In this document: piece after piece, positions 8,524 to 17,607 of the stretch
Layout: each line of letters opens with the position of its first letter
Numbering within the stretch: position 1 is the stretch's first letter
From: Roseibacillus sp.
Lineage (GTDB): Bacteria > Verrucomicrobiota > Verrucomicrobiia > Verrucomicrobiales > Akkermansiaceae
Length of the DNA stretch: 64,000 nucleotides
Reading direction: 5' to 3'
NCBI GenBank assembly: GCA_965242925.1
Contig: CBDEUM010000014.1
Span: 544,001-608,000, forward strand
Program-made: the position numbers and the translations under genes
Notes under the pieces: model-generated
Told to the model about the DNA's origin: nothing
Databases searched by the model: none
What the model saw: the letters and a program-made list of their open reading frames with translations, nothing else

Positions 8524-10137
8524 ATGACAAGAGTTCTCGTCATCGCCCTGCTTTTCGCCTGCCTCCCGGTCCTCGCCAGGACGCCGGACCAAAAGCCCAA
8601 TATCGTCCTTCTCTTCGCGGACGATCTTGGGCGCTACGCTTCCGCCTATTCGCACCCCGAAATTCCCTCGGTCAACGACATTGTCTCCACCCCCACCTTT
8701 GATCGCATCGCAAAGGAGGGAGCCCTCGGCTGGAACGTCTTTGTCTCCGCTCCTTCCTGTTCCCCCTCCCGGGCCGCCCTCATTTCGGGCCGGCACTTTT
8801 TCCGCAACGGGTCCCACTCCCAGCTGCACACTCCCTGGCACGGCAACCGCTCGCAGGACCCGTGGAACGAGGTCAAGGGCTTCGCCCTTCTCCTGCAGCA
8901 GGGGGGCTACCACATCGGCTGGTCACACAAGATGCACATTTCGGAAGACCGCATGGGTGGCAGACAGAACAACTTCCGGCAGGCCGGCGGAAAGGTGAAC
9001 CAGTTTTCCCAGACCGTGAGTGGCGCAATCGGCACCCCGGCGGACGAGGCAACCATTGAAAAAGCCAAGCAGAAGCTCTTCGACGAGTGTCGCGGGAACT
9101 TCAAGGCCTTCCTTGCCAAGCGCAAGCCGGGGCAACCCTTCTACTACTCCTTCCATCCCACCAACCCGCACCGCAAGTGGACCAAGGGCTCCGGCAAGAA
9201 CCTCTGGGGCCTCAACCCGGATGCCCTGGCCAGGGTCATGCCTCCCTTTCTCCCCAACGTTCCTGAGGTTCGCGAAGACCTCGCCGATTACCTCGGGGAA
9301 GGTATGGCCTTCGATCACAGCTGCCGGGAAATCATCGCTGAACTGGAAAAGATCGGAGAACTCGACAACACTCTCCTCGTCATCTCCGGTGATCACGGCG
9401 CACCCGGATTTCCCCGCGGTAAGACCAACTGCTACGACTTCGGGGCCCGTGTTCTTTTTGCAGCCCGCTGGCCCGGCCGCATCAAGCCGGGACAGGTCAT
9501 TACCAAACCGGTCTCGCTCATTGATCTCGCGCCTACCTTCCTCGCGGCTGCCGGGCTGAACCCCGAAAAGGGCATGAACGGGCAGAACCTCCTCCCCGCC
9601 CTCGCCGCAGGAGATCACGCAAGGCTGCGCGGCTGGGCTCTGATCGGCCGGGAGACACATGTCAACACCGCCCGCGGCGGACTCCCCTACCCGACCCGTG
9701 CCCTGCGCACCGAGGACTACCTCGTGATCGTCAACTTCACCCCCGAACGGGCCCCCATGGGGGAACCCCTCAAGCTGATCGACCCCCAGCCCCCCACCTA
9801 CGAGCAGATCGAGAACAACACCCGCCTCACCTACGGTGACGTGGATGCCGGTCCCACCAAGGCCTGGATGATAAAGCACCGCGACGATCCCAAATACAAA
9901 CGCCACTGGGAGCTGGGCTTCGGCCCCCGCCCCCGCGAGGAGTTTTACGACCTCAACAGCGATCCCCACCAGATCAACAATCTGGCGGGAAACAAGGCCT
10001 ACGACGCCATCCGCGACGCCCTGCGCGGTCTCCTCCTGGACGAACTTCGCCGAAACAAGGATCCCCGCCTGGAAGGCGACACCTTCGATAAGCCGCCCTA
10101 TAACAAGAAAACCAGGGCCGGACAGACCAAGCGCTAG
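8524..10137 (+). CDS. Secreted sulfatase (sulfamidase-like S1 family)
   Basis: Start ATG 8524 (MTRVLVIALL...). PNIVLLFADD, CSPSRAALISG, GDHGAPGFPRGK. The ORF-track extension to 7054 is antisense to the neighbouring gene. Confidence 0.92.
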   Translation: MTRVLVIALLFACLPVLARTPDQKPNIVLLFADDLGRYASAYSHPEIPSVNDIVSTPTFDRIAKEGALGWNVFVSAPSCSPSRAALISGRHFFRNGSHSQLHTPWHGNRSQDPWNEVKGFALLLQQGGYHIGWSHKMHISEDRMGGRQNNFRQAGGKVNQFSQTVSGAIGTPADEATIEKAKQKLFDECRGNFKAFLAKRKPGQPFYYSFHPTNPHRKWTKGSGKNLWGLNPDALARVMPPFLPNVPEVREDLADYLGEGMAFDHSCREIIAELEKIGELDNTLLVISGDHGAPGFPRGKTNCYDFGARVLFAARWPGRIKPGQVITKPVSLIDLAPTFLAAAGLNPEKGMNGQNLLPALAAGDHARLRGWALIGRETHVNTARGGLPYPTRALRTEDYLVIVNFTPERAPMGEPLKLIDPQPPTYEQIENNTRLTYGDVDAGPTKAWMIKHRDDPKYKRHWELGFGPRPREEFYDLNSDPHQINNLAGNKAYDAIRDALRGLLLDELRRNKDPRLEGDTFDKPPYNKKTRAGQTKR

Positions 10138-10204
10138 GCCAGCGGAAATCGCATTCCTCCACTTGCAGAGAAGGTCTGCCCTTGCTAAGGGCGCGGTCCA
10201 TTCC

Positions 10205-10753
10205 ATGAGCACGACCCCGCGCTTCCTCCTCAAAGTCTTCCTCTACCAGATCAACCCCGAGATCTGGCGGCGCTTCTCCATCCCGGCCACCGCCACCTTC
10301 AAGCAGCTGCACGAAGCGGTGCAGCAGGCCATGGGCTGGCAGGACAAGCACTGGCACGAGTTCCGCCATGGGAAAGGAAAGCGCCTCCTTGACGTCATCG
10401 GTCCCGACCACGAAGAGGTCGAAAAGGGCGAGAACTTCCAGGAGGAGAGCACGGTCACCCTGCAGGACTTCGTGGGCCGCCGCCACTTGCCCCTCCGCTT
10501 CCTCTATCGCTACGACTTCAACGACGAATGGGTGCACGAAATCGCGATCGAGGGCAGGAAGGAGGACGACGAGGGAGATCTTCCTGTCCTCCTGGAAGGG
10601 GAGCGAGCCTGTCCTCCGGAGGACTGTGGAGGGGCCTTCGGCTACATGGCGGCCCTCAAGGGGGATCTCATGTGGCTCGACGACGACTACGACCCCGCCC
10701 GCTTCGATCCCGGGAAAGTGAAGTTCTCCGGGCGGCGGAAACGCAGGAAGTAA
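10205..10753 (+). CDS. pRiA4b ORF-3 family protein
   Basis: IWRRFSIP...LHEAVQQAMGW...HWHEF, YRYDF.DEWVHEI, GERACPPEDCGG. Confidence 0.88.
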   Translation: MSTTPRFLLKVFLYQINPEIWRRFSIPATATFKQLHEAVQQAMGWQDKHWHEFRHGKGKRLLDVIGPDHEEVEKGENFQEESTVTLQDFVGRRHLPLRFLYRYDFNDEWVHEIAIEGRKEDDEGDLPVLLEGERACPPEDCGGAFGYMAALKGDLMWLDDDYDPARFDPGKVKFSGRRKRRK

Positions 10754-10762
10754 GCCGCCGGG

Positions 10763-11440
10763 TCAATCTGCGAGGTAGGCCGAGATATTGTTCTCGCGAC
10801 GGGCACCTTCCTCGTTGCACTGCCAACAGGTGCCGCTCCCGACATCCAGGGCGGTCAACCATTGCCCTCCGCAGGCCAAGGTATCGATGCATATCGCATG
10901 GCCCAGGTTGACGGGTTCGCCACTCTCCTGGGACGTATGTCCGCAGACCATCACTTTCCCGTTCCGATGCGGAGGCACCTTCCGGAACCTTTCCCAGAAG
11001 AGCATGAATTCGTCCTGGTCCTCAAGGGGCAGGTGGGACGCCGCATTGGCATGCACGAAGAAGTGCGTCTCCATCTCATAAAACGGCAACGCGCCCTCAA
11101 TGAACTGCCAGTGTTCTTCGGGGACGGCGCTGAGCTTGTCTGTCCCGTAGGACTTCAGGGTGTCTCCCCCTCCCACCCGGTCCTCCTCCCAGTTCACGAA
11201 AGCCTGTTCCGAGCCCCGGGCGGCCAACATCAGGATTTCGTGATTCCCCATCAGGCTCACCACCTTCACCCGCGTCCGCAGTTCAAGGAGGAAATCGATT
11301 ACACCCTTCGAGTCCGGCCCACGATCGACATAGTCGCCGAGGGTGACGATGATGTCCCCCTCGGAAAACTCCGCATATTCCGCCAGTGCCTCAAGCGCCG
11401 CCCGGCATCCATGAATGTCTCCTATCGCAATTGTCCGCAT
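10763..11440 (-). CDS. Metallophosphoesterase, PPP/PphA-type Ser/Thr phosphatase family
   Basis: MRTIAIGDIHG, LGDYVDRGPDS, MGNHE, FVHA, CGHT, IDT. Confidence 0.93.
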   Translation of the reverse strand: MRTIAIGDIHGCRAALEALAEYAEFSEGDIIVTLGDYVDRGPDSKGVIDFLLELRTRVKVVSLMGNHEILMLAARGSEQAFVNWEEDRVGGGDTLKSYGTDKLSAVPEEHWQFIEGALPFYEMETHFFVHANAASHLPLEDQDEFMLFWERFRKVPPHRNGKVMVCGHTSQESGEPVNLGHAICIDTLACGGQWLTALDVGSGTCWQCNEEGARRENNISAYLAD

Positions 11441-11509
11441 CGGGGCTCCATACGACGCCCCGCCTCCCGACTTGCAAGTCCCTTTCCCTCCCCCCACCAT
11501 TTTCCACCC

Positions 11510-13099
11510 ATGCCCCGCCTCCTTCTTCTCTCTCTGGTTTCCTGGCTCGCGCCCCTTCTTTCCGGGGCCCGGCCCGTTCAGACCAGTCCGAACATTGTCA
11601 TCTTCTTCGCCGACGACATGGGCATGGGCGACACCTCGGTTTATCAGGACTGGAGCGGCAACAGGGGCGACGTCCAGCTGCACACCCCGAACATGGAGCG
11701 CATGGCCAACATGGGCGTCCGCTTCACCGATGCCCACTCCCCCCACAGCCGGTGCAGCACCTCCCGCTATGCCCTGCTTACCGGGCGCTACTGCTGGCGC
11801 ACCTCACTCAAGTACTGGGTGCTCTTCGGCGTCCAATGCGATCCTCTCATCGAAAAATCCCGCCCCACCCTTGCCAGTTTTCTCCGCAGCAACGACTACC
11901 GGACCGGAATGGTGGGCAAGTGGCACCTCGGGCTGGGCTACCAGCGCAGCGACGGATCCCCGGCCGATGGGTGGGACGACGCCGATCTCACCCGGCCCCT
12001 TGCCGATGGCCCCGTCGATCACGGCTTTGATTTCTTCTACGGCATTTCGCGGAGTCACCCCACCTCCGGCCCGAACGGCAGGCATTCCAATACGCCTGAG
12101 CAACGCCGGGGACCGGGCTGGATTCACAATCGGCGCATGGTGGGGGCCACCGGCCGGGGCAAGCAGTTGGACGGCTCCTATGTCCTCCGGGAAATTGGTC
12201 CCACCCTTCACGGAAAGGCCTTTGAATTCCTCCGCCGTGCGACCACCGCCCGAAAACCATTCTTCCTCTACTTCGCCAGCCCGGCCAATCACACTCCCCA
12301 CACTCCCTGCAAGTCCATCGCCGGGCGCAAGGTGGCAGGGGCGAGCACCTTTGTGGATGGAACGCCGACGGGCAGTGAACGCCTCGATTTCATCTACGAG
12401 AATGACGTGCAGGTCGGTCTCCTCCTCGATTACCTGCAGCGCACGGAGGATCCAAGGCGACCGGGGCAGAAACTCTTCGACAACACTCTCTTCATCTTTG
12501 CCAGCGACAACGGGGCCGAAAACAGATCCAAGTCCGCCACCGGCCCGCTCCGCAGCAACAAGGGTTCCACCTATGAAGGAGGGCACCGCATCCCCTTCTT
12601 TGCCTGCTGGCCGGCGGGTGGACTGGGAGACGGGCGCCCCAAGACCCCGGGCCGCACCTGTAGCCGCCTGCTTGCCCTCAACGACCTCTTCGCGACCTTT
12701 GCCCGGATTCTCAACAAGCCATTACCTGACTTGTCCAAGGGCGAAATCGGGGCAGAAGACAGCTTCCCGCAACTGGCCGCCCTGCGGGGGGAGCCCTTCA
12801 AGCCACGCCCGCCGATCTTCCCCAATGACCACAGCGAGGCTTCGAAAAAGAACTCGGACCGGCGTGCGGTGGTGGCCGTCCGCTCCAACGCCACCCCCAT
12901 CAAGGGCCAGTGGAAGCTCTTTCTCGATCACCGCTTCGCCCTGAAAGGGGAACTCCATCCCACCGAGCTCTACAACTTGGCGGTGGACCAACGCGAACAA
13001 GACAACCTGCTGAACACTCCCGGAACCGGACCCGCCCAGGACTACCTCCTCCAGGAGGCGGCCAAGGCCCGGGGTGACAACGGCTCCACCAGACCATGA
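11510..13099 (+). CDS. Secreted arylsulfatase (S1 family)
   Basis: ATG 11510 with signal peptide, PNIVIFFADDMG, CSTSRYALLTG, VGKWHLG, SDNG, KGSTYEGGHRIP. Confidence 0.92.
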   Translation: MPRLLLLSLVSWLAPLLSGARPVQTSPNIVIFFADDMGMGDTSVYQDWSGNRGDVQLHTPNMERMANMGVRFTDAHSPHSRCSTSRYALLTGRYCWRTSLKYWVLFGVQCDPLIEKSRPTLASFLRSNDYRTGMVGKWHLGLGYQRSDGSPADGWDDADLTRPLADGPVDHGFDFFYGISRSHPTSGPNGRHSNTPEQRRGPGWIHNRRMVGATGRGKQLDGSYVLREIGPTLHGKAFEFLRRATTARKPFFLYFASPANHTPHTPCKSIAGRKVAGASTFVDGTPTGSERLDFIYENDVQVGLLLDYLQRTEDPRRPGQKLFDNTLFIFASDNGAENRSKSATGPLRSNKGSTYEGGHRIPFFACWPAGGLGDGRPKTPGRTCSRLLALNDLFATFARILNKPLPDLSKGEIGAEDSFPQLAALRGEPFKPRPPIFPNDHSEASKKNSDRRAVVAVRSNATPIKGQWKLFLDHRFALKGELHPTELYNLAVDQREQDNLLNTPGTGPAQDYLLQEAAKARGDNGSTRP

Positions 13100-16095
13100 C
13101 CCGCATCCTTTTATCCCTCACCGCCTGCTTCCCGCTCCTCGCATCCGCCACACCGCGCCCCAACATCATCACCGTCTTCATCGACGACATGGGGTGGACC
13201 GACCTGTCGTGTTTCAAGGGAGACCAGGTAAAGACCGAGAACATTGACCGCCTCGCCTCGGAAGGGATCAAGTTCACCAATTTCTACGTCAACTCGCCCA
13301 TCTGCTCCCCTTCACGCGTCGCCTTGACTACGGGACAATACCCCCAGCGCTGGCGCATCACGTCCTATCTCAACAATCGCCGGTCCAACAACACCCGGGG
13401 GATGGCCCAGTGGCTCGATCCCGGGGCTCCCGTCCTCGCGCGGGAGCTGCAGAAAAACGGCTACGCCACCGGACACTTCGGCAAATGGCACATGGGCGGT
13501 CAGCGGGACGTGGACGACGCTCCCCCAATTTCCAAGTACGGTTTTGACCGGAGCCTTACCAACTTCGAGGGCATGGGACCCAAGCTTCTTCCCCTTACTC
13601 TCAAACCGGGACAGGACCCCGAAAAGCCGGGGCGAATCTGGCAAAATGCCGTCCGTCTCGGCGAAGGCGTGACCTGGATGCAGCGCTCCCACATCACCCG
13701 GGGGTTCGTGGACGCGGCCCTCACCTTTATCGAGGAAGCCCGGGAGCAGGAGAAGCCCTTCTTCGTCAACCTCTGGCCTGACGACGTTCATTCCCCGTTC
13801 TTCCCGCCCCTCGACAAGTGGGGTGACGGGGGCAAACGGGCGATCTACTACGGCGTCCTGGATGCCATGGACGAGCAACTCGGCCCCCTCTTTGACCGGA
13901 TCCGGAACGACCCGGAGCTTCGCCAGAACACCCTGATCCTCATCGCCTCTGACAACGGGCACGAGACCGGCGCGGGCAAATCCGATCCCCTCCGCGGCGC
14001 AAAAACTTGGCTTTACGAGGGAGGCATCCGTTCGCCTCTCATCGTCTGGGGCCCGGGCCTGATGAACAAGCAGGCAGCAGGCAGGGCCAACACCACCTCC
14101 ATTCTCTCGTCCCTCGATCTTAATCGTTCCCTCTACAGCCTGTGCGATACCGAGCTGCCTGCAGGGATCACCCTCGACGGGGAGGACCTCGGGCTCACTC
14201 TGCTCGGCCGGGAGAAAAAGAGCCGGAGCACCCCACTCTTCTGGCGGCGCCCCCCCGACCGTCCCGGTTTCGGTCACGGCCTCAAGGAAGACAACCCCGA
14301 CCTCGCGGTGCGGGACGGTCGATGGAAGTTCCTCGTCAATTACGACGGCAGCGATCCGCAACTTTATCACCTCGGCAAGGATGCCGGGGAGAAACACAAC
14401 GTGGCCGGAAATTTCCCGCAGGTCGTGAAGGAACTGCACGCCAGACTGGAGAAATGGAACAGCGAGCTGCCGCAGGATGCGGGCAACCCGGCGTGGAAAG
14501 CCGACGCTGCCCTCCCCTCCACCCACTTCGTCAATCCCATCGGCGAGGGAGCAGATCCGTGGATCGTGCGCGATGGCAAGAACAAGAGCTACCTGTGGTG
14601 CCTCTCGGAAGGCAACCGCGCAATTGCCATCCACACGAGTGACAACCTGAGCTCGCTCGGCGAGAAGCACGTGGTGTGGCGCGCCCCGGGGGAGGGTCCC
14701 TACTCGAAGGAGATCTGGGCACCGGAGCTCCACTTCCTCGACGGGCACTGGCACATCTACTTTGCGGGCTCGGACGGAAAGAATGCCAACCACCTTACCT
14801 ACGTCCTGCGCTCCAGGACGGACGATCCGCTCGGCGAGTACGAGCTGCACGGACCGCTCGCGACCGGCGAGGGCGCCGACGGCAAGTCCCCCAACCTTTG
14901 GGCCATCGACATGACACCGCTCGTGCACAAGGGCAAACTCTACGCCCTGTGGTCGGGCTGGGATGGGGCCGGCACCGATCGCCAGTTTCTCTACCTCGCG
15001 TCCATGAAGTCGCCCACCGCGATGGCGGGACCACGCGTGCAGATCTGTTCGAACGACGACTTCCGATGGGAGTTCACTGAGACGGAGGGCAAGGGACGCG
15101 GCCTCAACGAGGGGCCCCAGGTCCTGCAACCCGGAAACCGCACCCTCGTGCTCTACTCCTGCGGCGCGTCCTGGCTGCCAACCTACAAGCTGGGCATGCT
15201 CGAGCTGGTCGGCGACAACCCACTCGATCCCAAGGCCTGGAAGAAACACGCGAAGCCGGTCTTCACAGCTACGGAACAAACCTACGGAATCGGGCATTCC
15301 TGCTTCGTCAAATCTCCCGACGACTCTGAGTGGTGGCACATTTTTCACGCCAAGCGCGATCGCCAACCCGGCTGGCGCCGCGCAATCTTTGCGCAGCCCA
15401 TGGAGATCGGGAAGGACGGCTATCCCGAGTTCGGTCGCCCGGTGGCCGCGGGTGAGGTCCTCAGGCGACCTCGTGGGGAGAAGACCACCATCCTAGCCCG
15501 TCGGCACCACACAAGTTCCCTCCAGAGCAACGACCACAACAGAATCTGGTGCTACTTTGGTCATCATCAATTCTACGACCATACCAAGGAAGGCCTCCAT
15601 CTCGGAAGAACGCCCGCCAATCCGATCAATGAGTATCGCAGTGGAGAGAAAGTAGTGCTCAACCACCAGGCCCCGAGGGACCTCAACGTCGAGGTCACCA
15701 TCGATTTCCTAGGCAACCGTGACGCGCGGGACGGGGGCATCTTGTTCCGCACCAGCGGCGCCTCGGTGGGCTTCGACGCGCAGCGGGGGTATTTTGCCGG
15801 ACTGATCCCGCGCACGAATCTCGTCATCCTCGGCAAAACGGACGGGACGAAATGGAATGAGCTCGCTCGCAAGGAGTCGCCCATCAATCCTGACCAACGA
15901 CAGAAGCTTGGCGTCACGATGGCGGGCAGCAAGATCGTGATCACTCACAATGGAGCACCTGCGATTGTCCATACCGATTCGACCTTCGCCACCGGCACGG
16001 TCGGCTTGCGGGTGGTGAACACCCACGCGGTCTTCTCCGAGCTGCACCTCAAGCCCGGCTCAACGGGGCCCGAAGCTCGGCAACTTGAGCCCTGA
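13096..16095 (+). CDS. Multimodular sulfatase + GH43 glycoside hydrolase + C-terminal beta-sandwich
   Basis: N-terminal half has CSPSRVALTTG, GKWHMG and SDNG. The middle has GH43 motifs GADPWI, EIWAPELH, WAIDM, LNEGPQ and GIGH. The C-terminus is a beta-rich module ending GTVGLRV. Confidence 0.9.
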   Translation: MTRILLSLTACFPLLASATPRPNIITVFIDDMGWTDLSCFKGDQVKTENIDRLASEGIKFTNFYVNSPICSPSRVALTTGQYPQRWRITSYLNNRRSNNTRGMAQWLDPGAPVLARELQKNGYATGHFGKWHMGGQRDVDDAPPISKYGFDRSLTNFEGMGPKLLPLTLKPGQDPEKPGRIWQNAVRLGEGVTWMQRSHITRGFVDAALTFIEEAREQEKPFFVNLWPDDVHSPFFPPLDKWGDGGKRAIYYGVLDAMDEQLGPLFDRIRNDPELRQNTLILIASDNGHETGAGKSDPLRGAKTWLYEGGIRSPLIVWGPGLMNKQAAGRANTTSILSSLDLNRSLYSLCDTELPAGITLDGEDLGLTLLGREKKSRSTPLFWRRPPDRPGFGHGLKEDNPDLAVRDGRWKFLVNYDGSDPQLYHLGKDAGEKHNVAGNFPQVVKELHARLEKWNSELPQDAGNPAWKADAALPSTHFVNPIGEGADPWIVRDGKNKSYLWCLSEGNRAIAIHTSDNLSSLGEKHVVWRAPGEGPYSKEIWAPELHFLDGHWHIYFAGSDGKNANHLTYVLRSRTDDPLGEYELHGPLATGEGADGKSPNLWAIDMTPLVHKGKLYALWSGWDGAGTDRQFLYLASMKSPTAMAGPRVQICSNDDFRWEFTETEGKGRGLNEGPQVLQPGNRTLVLYSCGASWLPTYKLGMLELVGDNPLDPKAWKKHAKPVFTATEQTYGIGHSCFVKSPDDSEWWHIFHAKRDRQPGWRRAIFAQPMEIGKDGYPEFGRPVAAGEVLRRPRGEKTTILARRHHTSSLQSNDHNRIWCYFGHHQFYDHTKEGLHLGRTPANPINEYRSGEKVVLNHQAPRDLNVEVTIDFLGNRDARDGGILFRTSGASVGFDAQRGYFAGLIPRTNLVILGKTDGTKWNELARKESPINPDQRQKLGVTMAGSKIVITHNGAPAIVHTDSTFATGTVGLRVVNTHAVFSELHLKPGSTGPEARQLEP

Positions 16096-16114
16096 CGGAG
16101 GTGAGTCGGTTGGC

Positions 16115-16306
16115 TTACCTCCGCACGATCGTCAGCCAGTCATTGATGGCATCCGGCACCCTGAGGGTGACCTTGTGCCACTGCTTGAGCTCGCCGCTGA
16201 CGACGACGGAGACGTCGCCGTCGGGCGCGCGCTTCCCAAAGAGTTCGTCGGAATGGGCGTTCGAGGAGCATAGGGCAGAAATTAAAAGAAGGGCTCTTTG
16301 CCTCAT
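16115..16306 (-). pseudogene. Collapsed remnant of a secreted DUF5060-type protein (N- and C-termini joined)
   Basis: Signal peptide (MRQRALLLISALCSSNAHS), then VSGELKQWHKVTL (resembles DUF5060 N-termini as I recall them), then directly PDAINDWLTIVRR*, which resembles the C-terminus of such proteins. Confidence 0.55.
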
Positions 16307-16465
16307 CTGGGATAACGGATGACGCGTGCCATCCAATCATATCCGGCCCCTTGCGCGCTAGGTCGATTCACGCGAAATGCTTGAGGATTTCGGCATTCCT
16401 ACCGAGACGTTCGCGCTCCTAGCTTCTAGCTTGCAGATCCCCACGGACTCTCCTTACTTCCCTTC

Positions 16466-17527
16466 ATGAAACGGACGATCTTCCTTGGCACCTACACCAA
16501 CGGCGAAAGCAAGGGTATTTACTCCTGCCGCTTCGACGACGCAACCGGCGCCCTCTCCGACCTTCGCCTCGCCGCCGAGACGCCCAGTCCGTCCTTCCTC
16601 GCCCTGCACCCCAATGGCAAATTTCTCTACGCAGTGAACGAGACCGACAGCTACGGCGGGGAGACGTCCGGAGCGGTCACCGCCTACCGGATCGCCGATG
16701 GAGAGGGCGGAGTTCTCAAGAAGCTCAATACCGTCAGCTCACACGGGGCTCATCCCTGCCACCTTGTCCTGACGCCCGGGGCCAAGGCGGTCATCATTGC
16801 CAATTACTCCGGATCCACCGTGACGACGATCGAGATCAAGGCTGATGGATCACTGGGCAGGACCCTCAACAGGATCGCGCACAAGGGATCGGGCCTCCTC
16901 AAGCCACGGCAGGCCGATCCGCACCCCCACGCCGTGAACCTGGACCCGGCCAACAGGTTTGTCTTCATCTCCGACCTGGGAATGGACCAGATCGTCCGCT
17001 ACGAACTGGAGGAAAATGGGCAACTCAGCAAGAGCCGGGGGAGCACCCGGGTCGACCCGGGAACAGGGCCGCGCCACTTTGCTTTCCACCCGGGGGCCAA
17101 TTTCGGATATGTTCTCAATGAGATCACCCGCACCATCACCGCCTTTCGCTACAATGCCACAAGCGGCGAACTCACTGAGATCCAGACCATCTCGACCGTC
17201 CCCAAGGGATGGGCCAGGGGATCCACCGCGGAGATCTTCATCCATCCGGATGGCAGGTTTCTCTACTCCTCCAACCGTGGGCATGACAGCATTGCCTGTT
17301 TCAACATCCACCAGGGTTGCGGCAAACTCAGCCTGATCGAAATCGAAAAAACCGGGGGACGCACCCCCCGCAACTTCAATCTCGATCCCAGCGGCAGGTG
17401 GATCATTGCTGCCAACCAGTCGAGTGGCGACCTGCAGGTCTTCTCTATCGACCAGAAAACGGGAGCCCTTGAACCGACCGCGACCCGCCTCGAAATACCT
17501 GCCCCGGTCTGTGTGGTCTTCCTGTAG
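16466..17527 (+). CDS. pgl: Lactonase, 7-bladed beta-propeller (6-phosphogluconolactonase family)
   Basis: IFLGTYT, SPSFLALHP, LYAVNE, HPCH, ANY, PHPH, DLGMD, GPRHFAFHP, SNRGHDSI, PRNF. Confidence 0.88.
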   Translation: MKRTIFLGTYTNGESKGIYSCRFDDATGALSDLRLAAETPSPSFLALHPNGKFLYAVNETDSYGGETSGAVTAYRIADGEGGVLKKLNTVSSHGAHPCHLVLTPGAKAVIIANYSGSTVTTIEIKADGSLGRTLNRIAHKGSGLLKPRQADPHPHAVNLDPANRFVFISDLGMDQIVRYELEENGQLSKSRGSTRVDPGTGPRHFAFHPGANFGYVLNEITRTITAFRYNATSGELTEIQTISTVPKGWARGSTAEIFIHPDGRFLYSSNRGHDSIACFNIHQGCGKLSLIEIEKTGGRTPRNFNLDPSGRWIIAANQSSGDLQVFSIDQKTGALEPTATRLEIPAPVCVVFL

Positions 17528-17607
17528 AAATTATGCCTTCGGAGCGTGGCTCCAAAACATCCCGTGCCCCCTGGTTCTCAATCCCTCCAATCATCTTAAG
17601 CAACCAC

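Noticed and set aside
7054..8913. Apparent 1027-aa and 820-aa overlapping sulfatases
   Set aside because: The N-terminal extensions are antisense read-through in GC-rich DNA. Signal peptides place the real starts at 8524(+) and 8388(-).
10205..10753. pRiA4b ORF-3 protein as evidence of a plasmid or IS element
   Set aside because: No transposase, inverted repeats or replication genes nearby; this family is often chromosomal.
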